The position numbers and the translations under genes are program-made. A model generated the notes under the pieces. It did no database searches and was not told where the DNA came from. It saw only the letters and a program-made list of their open reading frames with translations. Of a DNA stretch of 36,896 nt, positions 9,113-18,955 are shown in pieces; position 1 is the first letter of the stretch, and every line of letters starts with the position of its first letter. The stretch comes from Fibrobacterales bacterium (GTDB lineage Bacteria > Fibrobacterota > Fibrobacteria > Fibrobacterales > JAOPTW01): assembly GCA_051532055.1 (NCBI GenBank), contig JAOPTX010000048.1:1-36896 (forward strand). The letters run 5' to 3'.

Positions 9113-10375
9113 CTACAGGGAAGCTAACACATTTGCAACTTTTTGCACAACTGTGTCCAGGTCCTCAGTAGTATGTGCCGCCGAGACAAATCCAGCTTCA
9201 AACTGTGAGGGAGCCAAATAAACTCCTTCATCAATCATCCCTCTAAAGAATGCTCCATATTTCTCAGTATCACAAGCGGCCGCCTGTGCATAACTCACTA
9301 CAGGTGTATCTGTAAAAAAGAGCGTTGCCATAGAAGCAATAGAATTGATCTGCATATCATACGGAGCAATAACTTTTTTAAGCGCCGTTGTATATGCATC
9401 TGATTTTGCATTGAGATCATCATAGAACCCAGGCTTTCCTAGTTCTTTAAAGGCCGCAAGGCCTGCATGCATAGCAAGAGGATTCCCCGAAAGAGTGCCT
9501 GCTTGGTAAACATCACCCAGTGGGCTAATTCGTTCCATTATCTCTTTTTTACCGCCATAAGCCCCTACAGGAAGCCCACCACCAATAATTTTACCAAAAG
9601 TACTCAAGTCTGGTTCAACTCCAAAGTACCCTTGCGCACCGGTTTCAGTCACACGAAAGCCAGTCATCACTTCATCAAAAATAAGAACCGTACCGCTTTT
9701 TTGACAAAGCTCTTGTAAGCCTAAAATAAAGCTCTTATCTGGAACCACAACACCCATATTGCCCGCAATAGGCTCAAGAATAATTGCCGCAATATCATTC
9801 TCATTTGCTTCAAAGAGCGCTGCAACACTTTCCAAATCATTATAATCTGCAAGAAGTGTATCCTGTGCAGCACCTTTCGTCACTCCTGCTGAGTTTGGTG
9901 TACCATAGGTTAACGCCCCAGAACCAGCTTCAATGAGAAAAAAGTCCGCATGTCCATGATAACACCCACGGAATTTTACAATCTTTTCTCTCCCCGTATA
10001 TCCTCGTGCTAGGCGCACTGCCGACATAGTTGCCTCGGTGCCAGAGTTAACCATACGAATCATTTCGACAGAAGGAAGCAGAGAAACAAGGACTTCAGCA
10101 AATTCAACTTCCGCCTCACAGCATGCTCCAAAACTAACGCCATTTGCTGCTGCTTTTTGCACTGCTTCAACGATAGCGGGGTGTGAGTGCCCTAAAATCA
10201 TTGGCCCCCAGGAACCCACAAAGTCGATATACTCTTTGCCCTCAGTATCATATACTTTGGCGCCAGATGCGCGTTCAATAAACACAGGGTCTCTTCCTAC
10301 GGAAGAAAAGGCGCGAACCGGAGAATTTACACCACCTGGTATACAACTATTAGCACGACTCCACAAATTACTCAT
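9113..10375 (-). CDS. hemL: Glutamate-1-semialdehyde 2,1-aminomutase
   Basis: PGGVNSPVRAF, SGTEATMSA, GCYHGHAD, FDEVMTGFR, GKIIGGG (PLP Lys), YQAGTLSGNP. Confidence 0.97.
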   Translation of the reverse strand: MSNLWSRANSCIPGGVNSPVRAFSSVGRDPVFIERASGAKVYDTEGKEYIDFVGSWGPMILGHSHPAIVEAVQKAAANGVSFGACCEAEVEFAEVLVSLLPSVEMIRMVNSGTEATMSAVRLARGYTGREKIVKFRGCYHGHADFFLIEAGSGALTYGTPNSAGVTKGAAQDTLLADYNDLESVAALFEANENDIAAIILEPIAGNMGVVVPDKSFILGLQELCQKSGTVLIFDEVMTGFRVTETGAQGYFGVEPDLSTFGKIIGGGLPVGAYGGKKEIMERISPLGDVYQAGTLSGNPLAMHAGLAAFKELGKPGFYDDLNAKSDAYTTALKKVIAPYDMQINSIASMATLFFTDTPVVSYAQAAACDTEKYGAFFRGMIDEGVYLAPSQFEAGFVSAAHTTEDLDTVVQKVANVLASL

Positions 10376-11135
10376 AATTTCTTTTTTCCTTTATCAATTG
10401 TATGAGACTCATCTCATTTGGCTCTTCCGCCATAAATATGCGATCAGCATAGTATTCTTTCAACGCTTTAAATACTGACGGACCAAGAGCAAAATGTTTC
10501 CATTTACTCCGAATATCAGGATTTACATCTTTGAGCAGTTCATAGCTATTTCGGACAGCCGAAGAAGAGAAGTAGACAATGCCCCCAATCTCGCTCAGTG
10601 CCGATCCAAAAGGCCCCGACGACTCACAGTATTTCTGCAATATATTCTTTGACTTCTCGGGTAATACACTCGTATACACATAACTATTTGTGATGGGAAT
10701 ATTAAACGCACGTTCAAATTCTACCGGATTCAATTCAGTAATATGAGAACAGAGGTGACATATAGAGTTTCCCGGTTCCAGTATTTTCGTGAGTTCAAGG
10801 CCAAGATGTTCCCTATTATTTCCTTGTGACTCAAAACAAACTTCGAAACCAAATTCTACAAGAGATCGGGACGTTTTAGGCCCTATTGATATCACCTTCT
10901 TATTGAGTGCAAGAATTTCGTTCACGACACTGCGCTTCAAAAAATGAATCGTTTGAGATGAACTGAACATCAAATGGGATGCAGCCTCTATATTCTTAAA
11001 AAAATCATCATCACACTCTACAGGTACGGTCTTTATTGCCGGTAACTCCAGCACCCTAAACCCCGCATTTTCAAATCGTTGCGTTGTTTCAGATGCCCGA
11101 TTTTCAGGACGGGTATTTAATAGTAATGGTTTCAT
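10368..11135 (-). CDS. hemD: Uroporphyrinogen-III synthase
   Basis: N-terminal TRP, LPAI, FSSS, IGPKT, VY, FSSSAVR, ALGP motifs; lies between hemC and hemL. Confidence 0.85.
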   Translation of the reverse strand: MKPLLLNTRPENRASETTQRFENAGFRVLELPAIKTVPVECDDDFFKNIEAASHLMFSSSQTIHFLKRSVVNEILALNKKVISIGPKTSRSLVEFGFEVCFESQGNNREHLGLELTKILEPGNSICHLCSHITELNPVEFERAFNIPITNSYVYTSVLPEKSKNILQKYCESSGPFGSALSEIGGIVYFSSSAVRNSYELLKDVNPDIRSKWKHFALGPSVFKALKEYYADRIFMAEEPNEMSLIQLIKEKRNYE

Positions 11136-11136
11136 A

Positions 11137-12078
11137 CTACTTTAAAAGTGCATGATCATCGAGTTCATTTGGCAATGGCACCCCTCTGAGTGCACACTCT
11201 TCAGTAAACCATGTAACCATTTCGGCAACAATAGCTTCGGAGGTACACTCTTGGTATGACTTCGAAAATCGCACTATTTCTCCATTTTGTTGATTTGCAA
11301 TCATCGCTTCTACTGCGACACTATTCTCGTTGGCCACAGCAAATGCTGCCATTGGAGCCTTACATCCACCACCAATTTCCTCCATAAACCGTCGTTCAAT
11401 TTGCATCGCAATCCGAGACTCTCTATGATCAACTGAGCCGACAATTCGCTTAGTTTCAGCATCATTTGATCGTACTTCTACTCCAAGAACTCCTTGTCCA
11501 ATAGAAGGAATCATTTCATTGACGGCAAACTGTTGTGTAACAACATCAAACCTACCCACACGGTTCAAACCTGCCGCTGCAAGGATAACACCATCGACGT
11601 CGCCACCTAATACCGCATTGACTCTTGTCTCAATATTACCCCGAATTTCAACGTACTCTAAATCAGGTCGCAACTGCTGGAGCATAATTCTACGACGTAC
11701 TGAGCCAGTGCCGATACGCGCTCCTGGTTTAAAATCTGCAAGAGTTTCACCATTAGAGATCAATACATCAAAAGGGTTTTCTCTTTGAGTATATACCGCT
11801 ATCTCCATTCCTTCAGGAAGTTCATGAGGCACATCCTTTAACGAGTGTACTGCACAATCTATTTCACCTGCATCAAGTGCGATCTCAAGCTCTTTAACAA
11901 ATACTCCTTGCGTACCAAAAGCATGCAATGGCTGTGTTCTATCAAGATCGCCCATTGTTTTGATGATTTTGAGCTCGAATGTGTGTTCGGGTTCCCTTTC
12001 ACGCATTAGATTCACTAATTGAGTACATTGAGTCAATGCTAGATCGCTCCCACGAGTCCCTACTCTGATATGTGCCAT
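11137..12078 (-). CDS. hemC: Hydroxymethylbilane synthase (porphobilinogen deaminase)
   Basis: GTRGSDLALTQ, GVFVKELE, AVHSLKDVP, GTGSVRR, IRGNIETR, GGGCKAP cofactor Cys; ATG at 12078. Confidence 0.97.
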   Translation of the reverse strand: MAHIRVGTRGSDLALTQCTQLVNLMREREPEHTFELKIIKTMGDLDRTQPLHAFGTQGVFVKELEIALDAGEIDCAVHSLKDVPHELPEGMEIAVYTQRENPFDVLISNGETLADFKPGARIGTGSVRRRIMLQQLRPDLEYVEIRGNIETRVNAVLGGDVDGVILAAAGLNRVGRFDVVTQQFAVNEMIPSIGQGVLGVEVRSNDAETKRIVGSVDHRESRIAMQIERRFMEEIGGGCKAPMAAFAVANENSVAVEAMIANQQNGEIVRFSKSYQECTSEAIVAEMVTWFTEECALRGVPLPNELDDHALLK

Positions 12079-12349
12079 TATCAATCCCTATTTAAGCGTC
12101 TATAAACAACTTTTTGAATACAACAAATTTTTATTCTTTAAACAATGTATCAATATTCGATATTATTTTCATCCGCTTTTCTTCACATCCTTAGATGCTG
12201 TTTGAACCCTATGCATTTTTTTTCATTCACAAAGTAAAACCGCCCCCTATGATACACCCATAGCGTTCAATAAACAATTAGCAAATAGTGACCTAATTTA
12301 TTATATTGTTTGATCAAATCTCGTGTATCACAGACAAAAGGAACTTACA

Positions 12350-14359
12350 GTGCTCAGGAAACTGCTCTTTTTCGTGCTTATTATTCAACTCATTGCATTT
12401 GCTGATGATTTTACCATAAAATCCTTTAATGCGGTAGACGCAGGTGAACCAGACAAGTTTATCACTGCTCCCTTTTCAAGTGAACTAAAAAAGGTTAAGT
12501 CTGGCAAAATCCAAAAGGGAAAGTTTTATGTCCGTCATAAATTCGAAGACCCTTATGATCCTGACGCCCTCACCTATCAACTTTTTGAAGGGCAACCAAG
12601 TTCATCAATAGGTACACTATCAAAATTCAAAATCCCTAAAGGAATGAATATTAGAACTTTTGTAAAAAAGAAGTTTTACCTGAGTGATTATGCCGAATTT
12701 GATGAAGATATTGAAACAGTTTATTTTGACAAAAAATATGCATATGTCGAAAAAGAGGAACTACTCTACATTAAAAATGGTGGTTCATTTAAATCACTTA
12801 ATTTTTTAGATGAAAAAATATGTTATATCGAAGTAACCTCTGAACCATCTGGTGCAACAGTTTCTGTTGCTGGAAAATCTAAAGGTAAAACACCGGTAAA
12901 ATTTTCAGTTATTTCTACGAAACCAATTCTTGCAACAATAAAGAAAAGAGGCTTTTATACCATGAGCCGCTCTATTAAGCCAAATCCTAATACTCTTACT
13001 CAGGATGGACTTCTTCTTATAAGTAAGAAAGAGATGGAGAGCCCTGTCCCTCCTCACAAAGCGCTCTTTAAAAAGCTCACAAAAACTCCGAACTATGACA
13101 CATTAAAAATACTCGCTCGGAATATTGAGAAAAGCCTGAAGGATCTCCCTGATTTACTCAGAGAGGCTAAAGCAACAATTGAAGCTGATTACCCAGCTAA
13201 CCCTCCCAAAGGATCAAGTGAGAGCAAAAGTAATTTCAACAAGCGAACGAAAGGCTGGAAGAAAAACCTTAAGAATGAGCTCATAGAACAAGATAAGAGG
13301 GCGAAACAATATAAAGCCGAACTTAAGAAGCTCTTTAAGAAAGTAAATAAGGCAAAAGAAGGGTTTAGAACCCTTGAGAAAAGGCGTTTAGCGAAAGAAG
13401 CAAAAGCTGAGAAAAAAAGACTCAAAGCAGAGGCTGCTCAAAAAGAGAAGGAACAATACACACTTCGTTATACCGCAATTGATTCAAAAAACATCACACT
13501 TGGTAAATACCGCAGAGGCACCTACAAGTACACAATTGACATGGACCAATCACCCTTTCAATTCAGCTATTCAGGACGATTTAGAAAAGGCCGTGTGGAC
13601 AAAGACGAACTTCTCGAGAACACAGACGAATTAACTGCGGTACTGAAATATTGGAACATAGAGACAGACGATGGCTATTACAAAGCTCTCCACGGTGTTG
13701 ATCTCTATTTTCAAGGTAAAAAGTTCAAAACAAGCCGCCGATCTAAGGGGAAATTCACCTATAGTGATCCCGACTCAAAATCAAAAAAACTTCAGAAAAA
13801 ATTTGAAGCCAAACATAAGAAACGACTGAAAAATAGAAGCCGCAAGAAAGTCTTCTTAAAAGATGATGTTGAAAAAAGCAGAGAAGCGCTTGAACTTTTT
13901 ACAACAAGTAAAGACCCAAAAGAGGAGTCTTCTATAAAAGAAACAAGTGATGAGCTCATCAAAAAAGACTCTAAAGAACTTGCGAATAAAGAAGAGAAAA
14001 AAGAAGAGTTTAAAGATTCCTTTGAGCAAATGGATGAGCTCTACGAGGATAGTAATGTTCCATTTTATACGGCTATCGCACTTGGAGCGGTCTCTGCAGG
14101 GACAGGTTACCTAGCTTATACCTACTACAAGCAATCAAATGACGCAAAAGCTGGGTATGACACCTTAATGGAAGGCTATACAAAAGATCCTGAAAATGCT
14201 GAGTTTCTTATTGGTGGTGAACTAATTAAGGGTGAAGGCCTTGTTGAGCCCATTAATAATCTCATTAACGAGCACAACGATAAAAATGATAAGTTTAAAT
14301 TATTTGGCATAATCAGTGGCTTATCACTCACAGCCAGCATCGTGCTCTTTACCTTTTAA
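12350..14359 (+). CDS. Exported Lys-rich PEGA-domain protein with coiled coil and hydrophobic C-terminus
   Basis: PEGA motif VTSEPSGATVSVAGKSKGKTP...KRGF; GTG 12350 preceded by AAAGGA and followed by a signal peptide; C-terminal Gly-rich hydrophobic segments. Confidence 0.7.
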   Translation: MLRKLLFFVLIIQLIAFADDFTIKSFNAVDAGEPDKFITAPFSSELKKVKSGKIQKGKFYVRHKFEDPYDPDALTYQLFEGQPSSSIGTLSKFKIPKGMNIRTFVKKKFYLSDYAEFDEDIETVYFDKKYAYVEKEELLYIKNGGSFKSLNFLDEKICYIEVTSEPSGATVSVAGKSKGKTPVKFSVISTKPILATIKKRGFYTMSRSIKPNPNTLTQDGLLLISKKEMESPVPPHKALFKKLTKTPNYDTLKILARNIEKSLKDLPDLLREAKATIEADYPANPPKGSSESKSNFNKRTKGWKKNLKNELIEQDKRAKQYKAELKKLFKKVNKAKEGFRTLEKRRLAKEAKAEKKRLKAEAAQKEKEQYTLRYTAIDSKNITLGKYRRGTYKYTIDMDQSPFQFSYSGRFRKGRVDKDELLENTDELTAVLKYWNIETDDGYYKALHGVDLYFQGKKFKTSRRSKGKFTYSDPDSKSKKLQKKFEAKHKKRLKNRSRKKVFLKDDVEKSREALELFTTSKDPKEESSIKETSDELIKKDSKELANKEEKKEEFKDSFEQMDELYEDSNVPFYTAIALGAVSAGTGYLAYTYYKQSNDAKAGYDTLMEGYTKDPENAEFLIGGELIKGEGLVEPINNLINEHNDKNDKFKLFGIISGLSLTASIVLFTF

Positions 14360-14721
14360 TGACCGGTACTATCCAGCTTGAAAATGTTCGCCTTAACTGC
14401 ATTATAGGCGAACTAGAGCACGAACGTACAACCGAGCAGCTTCTGCTGCTCGACATCACCTATACCTATGACATCCAAGAGACCGTAACTCACGATGACA
14501 TTAACCTCTCTGTTGATTATAGTAAACTTTCTGAATTGCTCATACAATTCATTATTGACTCAAAATTCAAGCTCCTTGAGACCCTCTGCGTTAAGTGTTG
14601 TTCTCTGAGCCTTGAACAATTCCCAAAAATCGAGTCCATTACCCTACGAGCAAAAAAACCAGATGCCCTCCATAATATTGACCTTTGTAGTGCTCTATTT
14701 ACGCTCGTCAAAGCATCATAG
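14359..14721 (+). CDS. folB: Dihydroneopterin aldolase
   Basis: IIGELEHER...Q, D-D-I...VDY, FKLLETL, KPDA motifs; TAATG overlap with the upstream gene. Confidence 0.93.
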   Translation: MTGTIQLENVRLNCIIGELEHERTTEQLLLLDITYTYDIQETVTHDDINLSVDYSKLSELLIQFIIDSKFKLLETLCVKCCSLSLEQFPKIESITLRAKKPDALHNIDLCSALFTLVKAS

Positions 14722-14785
14722 AACCTTCTATTTAGCTCAAAACACCTATCTTTCTTCATTTTTTCAGAAAAATACCAAAAAGAGC

Positions 14786-14812
14786 TTAAGCTTTCTGGTA
14801 TTGAGCCGATAT
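14786..14812 (+). promoter_or_regulatory. Sigma28 (FliA/SigD) promoter of flagellin
   Basis: TTAAGCTT-N11-GCCGATAT versus consensus TAAAGTTT-N11-GCCGATAA, ~130 nt upstream of the flagellin ATG. Confidence 0.8.
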
Positions 14813-14925
14813 ATATAGTGAGGGATTTCTGTCCCGTCAACAGGTGGGGAAGCCTGGGAGACAGAAACTTATGATCGGAGAGCATCTTACACTACCTATA
14901 TCGTAGCGCATATGCTCCCTGGAAA

Positions 14926-14941
14926 AACCAAAGGAGTGGTT
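14926..14941 (+). promoter_or_regulatory. Candidate CsrA-binding hairpin overlapping the flagellin Shine-Dalgarno
   Basis: AACCA-AAGGAG-TGGTT places ANGGA in a hexaloop immediately before the ATG. Confidence 0.55.
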
Positions 14942-15859
14942 ATGCAAGTATCTACAAGCATACCCTACGCAGCCCGTGCTATGTCGGGGTATATCAATTC
15001 GTACAACAAGGAGATTGGAAAGTCCCTTGAACGGCTAGGATCTGGTCTCAGAGTCAATAAGCCGTCTGATGATTCATTTAATTATTTTAAAGCACAAAAA
15101 CTCAACCGCCGGGCAGACAACTCTGCCGCCACATCTAGAGCACTCGAAGACCATGTCAGCCGACTCACCACTGCAAGTGATGCCCTCAGCTCTGCTCGAA
15201 GTATGCTCCTTGACATGGAGGCGCTTGCCCTTGAAGCATCCGAAGAAGATAATGCGTCTATTCGCGCTGACCTCGCACAAGAGTTCGAAGCCAAAAAAGA
15301 CGCCTATACCAGCCTGATCAATAGCACCACCTATGATGGTGGCATTCTCATGTCAGGCACCTATGACACGGATGCAGGCGCCGATGGATTCACCGCCCAA
15401 GTCGACGAAGACGCAAACAACACCTATAACTATGGCGTATTAGATGCCCGGTATGACTCAGCTGATGGCCTGAACATGCAGACCGGCGATGCTGAAGATC
15501 TCGTTACTGGTTGGGAGAATGGCGGTAAAGCAGCCGCACTCACGTTCTATAACGAGTTTAATTCACTTGCTGCTGACGGCGTTACGCCACTTGCCTCAGG
15601 TATTTCTAAAATTGAACGTAATGCCAATCGAATCGAAACACACCTCACCATCATCCAAGGTGCACGGGATAATCTCAGTACTCGCGGCGCAAACTATGAA
15701 GCAGCAGCCTCTGCAATCGTCGGCGTGAACGAGGTTGAAGAAGCAACCAAGTTTTCTGCACTACAAATAAAGCAACAGGCCAGCGCCTCTTTTCTCGCTC
15801 AATTTAATGTCGGCCAATCAAACGTTATAAGTGCATTGATGGCTACACAGAATAGTTAG
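14942..15859 (+). CDS. Flagellin-family protein (divergent, 305 aa)
   Basis: SLERLGSGLRVNKPSDD, T-T-Y-D-G, C-terminal QIKQQASASFLAQFN; start revised to ATG 14942 with AAGGAG RBS. Confidence 0.88.
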   Translation: MQVSTSIPYAARAMSGYINSYNKEIGKSLERLGSGLRVNKPSDDSFNYFKAQKLNRRADNSAATSRALEDHVSRLTTASDALSSARSMLLDMEALALEASEEDNASIRADLAQEFEAKKDAYTSLINSTTYDGGILMSGTYDTDAGADGFTAQVDEDANNTYNYGVLDARYDSADGLNMQTGDAEDLVTGWENGGKAAALTFYNEFNSLAADGVTPLASGISKIERNANRIETHLTIIQGARDNLSTRGANYEAAASAIVGVNEVEEATKFSALQIKQQASASFLAQFNVGQSNVISALMATQNS

Positions 15860-15879
15860 ATTAAAATAGTATTAAGAGA

Positions 15880-15911
15880 AAAAAGCATCACCAAAAGAGG
15901 TGGTGCTTTTT
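15880..15911 (+). terminator. Intrinsic terminator after flagellin
   Basis: AAAAAGCATCACC-aaaaga-GGTGGTGCTTTTT. Confidence 0.85.
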
Positions 15912-15956
15912 ATATTGTTTACATAGCGAAAAAGACTGAAAAAGACGGGAGTCCTA

Positions 15957-17207
15957 GTGGCATACAGTTTACAAACAAGAAAAGTCCTTGCAATGATTAT
16001 GGCAGGCGGGCAAGGCTCACGCCTTCAACCCCTTACCAGTGACCGGGCGAAGCCTGCTGTTCACTTTGCAGGCAAATACCGTATTATTGACTTTGTTTTA
16101 AACAATTTTATTAACTCTGGCATCTATAAAATAAAAGTTCTTACCCAATTCAAATCAGATTCACTCAACAGACATATCACAAGTGGCTGGACACTTAACC
16201 GTTCACTCGGTCAATATGTCGACCTCGTACCAGCTCAAATGAGAACAGGGGGCAATTGGTACCGGGGAACGGCTGATGCAATTTATCAAAATATCAATCT
16301 CATTACCGATGAAAACCCAGACTTTGTAGCAGTATTTGGCGGCGACCACATCTATAAAATGGATGTGAATCAGATGATTGATTATCATCAACAAAAAGCA
16401 GCGCTTGCTACAATCTCTGCAATACCTGTTCCTCGTGAAGAAGCGATGGATTTCGGTGTGATTCAAGTAGATAATGATGGCAGAATGATCGGTTTTGAAG
16501 AAAAACCAGAAGATCCAAAAGAGATTCCTGGCCGCCCCGGGTGGTGCCTTGCCTCCATGGGTAATTACATCTTCAACTCACGTTTTCTCGTACGCGAACT
16601 TATGAACTGCGTTGACCGAGATAATGGCTTCGACTTTGGCAAAGATATCCTTCCTGCCATCTTCAATGACTACCCAGTCTATGTCTATGATTTCAATACC
16701 AACATCGTTCCTGGTGAATCAGCACTGAGCCGTGGATACTGGAAAGACGTCGGTACCATCGAAGCTTTTTACGAGGCAAATCTTAATATTTGTGCAGTGA
16801 CTCCTGAGTTTAATCTATATAACAAGCAATGGCCACTCCGTACCCTTCAAGAAAATGCACCTCCTGCAAAATTTGTTTTTGCCGGCGGAACTGACACTGA
16901 CCCACTCGGGCAAGCACTTGACTCTGTTGTATCTGGCGGATGTATTATCTCGGGAGCAACCGTACGCACCTCGGTATTGAGCCAAAATGTTGTCATAAAT
17001 ACCAATACAACTGTCGAGAATGCAGTCATCTTCCCTGAAGCTACAATTGGTCAAAATTGTAAAATACGGAATGTTATTATTGAGAAGGGCGTCGATATCC
17101 CTGATGATTATGAAATCGGATATGATCTTGAAAAGGACACAGAACGTTTTTGTCATACCAGCGATGGTATTATCGTCGTCCCCAAGAACGCACAGTTCCC
17201 TCTATAA
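15957..17207 (+). CDS. glgC: Glucose-1-phosphate adenylyltransferase
   Basis: AGGQGSRLQPLT-x-x-RAKPAVHF, WYRGTADAIYQN, GDHIYKMD, FEEKP, ASMGNY, DFGKDI, YWKDVGT. Confidence 0.97.
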   Translation: MAYSLQTRKVLAMIMAGGQGSRLQPLTSDRAKPAVHFAGKYRIIDFVLNNFINSGIYKIKVLTQFKSDSLNRHITSGWTLNRSLGQYVDLVPAQMRTGGNWYRGTADAIYQNINLITDENPDFVAVFGGDHIYKMDVNQMIDYHQQKAALATISAIPVPREEAMDFGVIQVDNDGRMIGFEEKPEDPKEIPGRPGWCLASMGNYIFNSRFLVRELMNCVDRDNGFDFGKDILPAIFNDYPVYVYDFNTNIVPGESALSRGYWKDVGTIEAFYEANLNICAVTPEFNLYNKQWPLRTLQENAPPAKFVFAGGTDTDPLGQALDSVVSGGCIISGATVRTSVLSQNVVINTNTTVENAVIFPEATIGQNCKIRNVIIEKGVDIPDDYEIGYDLEKDTERFCHTSDGIIVVPKNAQFPL

Positions 17208-17224
17208 CTACTCATTCACATTTT

Positions 17225-17269
17225 TATACAATAAGAGCGCTCCCCAAAAGGGAGCGCTCTTATTGTATA
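17225..17269. terminator. Perfect 20-bp inverted repeat, probable bidirectional terminator between convergent glgC and the murC-like gene
   Basis: TATACAATAAGAGCGCTCCC-caaaa-GGGAGCGCTCTTATTGTATA. Confidence 0.8.
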
Positions 17270-17303
17270 CTCTCTTCAGAACTTATTAAATCACACTCAA
17301 CAC

Positions 17304-18710
17304 CTATAGCCCTTGATAAACCTCATACGCATATTCAGCGAGTGATGGATCACGAGCCCCCATCAACAACAACACATCACCTTCGGCTATACAGTTACGT
17401 GCAATAGTGACAACTTGAGCTCGGTTTTCAATAAAACGGGCTTTTTTTCCTTTGAGAACAATATCATCAATAAGGTCACCCGCCGAGATATCTTTAACCG
17501 CTGTTCCACCTGCATAATAGATTTCTGACATCCATATTTCGTCACCCCCGCGAAGAGCACTGCTAATCTCTTTTACTAATTCACTGCGAAGAAACCTTGT
17601 AGGCCCATATCCATGGGGCTGAAACCACGCATACACGTTACCACCCAATCCCTGAGCCGACTCTATTGATGCTGCAATTTTAGCCGGGTTATGCGCATAA
17701 TCATCGATAATGGTAATCCCATCTTTAACCCCAATAAGCTGATGCCGCCGATAAATTCCACCATAAGAACTCAAGGCCCACGCAACCTGCTCTAGAGATA
17801 TGCCTAAATATTCTGTAACTGCACAGACCGCAAGAGCATTCTCCATATTATGTCGACCAATCACTGGGATTTTGAAATCAACACCTTTAACCTTAAAGAA
17901 TATCTCGAATCCGTCTTGCTGGAACGTATTTCCATTAACCACACATTTACAAGTATTGCAACTATGACAAAAATCAAAGGTCTCATCTTGTGAAAAACCT
18001 TTTGCCAATGGGTGAGAAAAATTTACGATCAGCCTATCTTTAACGTTGCTCTTAAAGGTTGCAAATATCTCATGCAACTCATCCATCTCTTTATGATCTT
18101 TATCTAAGTTAAGAATGACCCCCACTTCCGGCGTATAATTAACCAGCGTTCCATCTGACTCATCTGCCTCAATAATCAACCATTCTCCACTCCCCGCAAA
18201 GGCATTCCCAATTTTACCCTCTTTTTGAAGTGAGACAAGACCTGCTCCTGAAATAAAGGAAGGGTCCCAGCCAGATTCACGCATAACGTGAAAGAGCATT
18301 CCTGCGGTGGTTGATTTTCCCGAAGTTCCAGAGAGTGCGATAGTTTTTTTACTGTTCGTTATCAGTGTCAACATCTCAGATCGATGGAGAACGGTAATAC
18401 CAAGTGCTTTTGCTTTTACAAGCTCTGTATTATCATTCTCGATTGCCGTAGAAATAACAACAACATCTATATCTGCATCAATACCCGATCCATCTTGAGG
18501 AAAACAAGAAACCCCTTCCTCTTCGAGTTGCTCTTGAACCGTAGTTTTTTGTACTCCGATAAACTGCCTATCAGATCCTGCCACCTTTTTTCCAATACCA
18601 CTTACATACTGAGCGATGGCACTCATGCCAACACCACCTACACCAATAAAAAACAGCGATGTAATGCTCTCTAAATCTCTTTCATTATGTTGATCCACTA
18701 GATTTCCCAA
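17304..18710 (-). CDS. UDP-N-acetylmuramate--L-alanine ligase family protein (MurC/Mpl-like, stand-alone)
   Basis: GVGGVGMSAIA, GSD, GTSGKSTT, EADESDG, DH, HN-x-x-NA, DDYAHNP, FQPH; start codon uncertain. Confidence 0.88.
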   Translation of the reverse strand: MGNLVDQHNERDLESITSLFFIGVGGVGMSAIAQYVSGIGKKVAGSDRQFIGVQKTTVQEQLEEEGVSCFPQDGSGIDADIDVVVISTAIENDNTELVKAKALGITVLHRSEMLTLITNSKKTIALSGTSGKSTTAGMLFHVMRESGWDPSFISGAGLVSLQKEGKIGNAFAGSGEWLIIEADESDGTLVNYTPEVGVILNLDKDHKEMDELHEIFATFKSNVKDRLIVNFSHPLAKGFSQDETFDFCHSCNTCKCVVNGNTFQQDGFEIFFKVKGVDFKIPVIGRHNMENALAVCAVTEYLGISLEQVAWALSSYGGIYRRHQLIGVKDGITIIDDYAHNPAKIAASIESAQGLGGNVYAWFQPHGYGPTRFLRSELVKEISSALRGGDEIWMSEIYYAGGTAVKDISAGDLIDDIVLKGKKARFIENRAQVVTIARNCIAEGDVLLLMGARDPSLAEYAYEVYQGL

Positions 18711-18776
18711 AAAACGGCTGTATTAAAAATATAGATAACCTTTTATGGATAACTGTTTAATTATCAGCACTATACC

Positions 18777-18884
18777 GTAATCCCTAATAGTGTAATCCTA
18801 TTTCTTTTCCCCAATAAACATTCCCTTCAATTATTGCTCATTTAAATCACAATACAAGGATATTTGTAATCATACTGTAATCAT
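18777..18884 (+). repeat. Four GTAATC direct repeats, a candidate operator
   Basis: GTAATC at 18777 and 18792; TGTAATCAT at 18865 and 18876 (11-bp spacing). Confidence 0.6.
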
Positions 18885-18955
18885 TTACGCTATCTCGTTA
18901 CTATTTTATCTATACTATAGCTCACTAACTCACCACAGTTTCGTAGGAACCCCTC

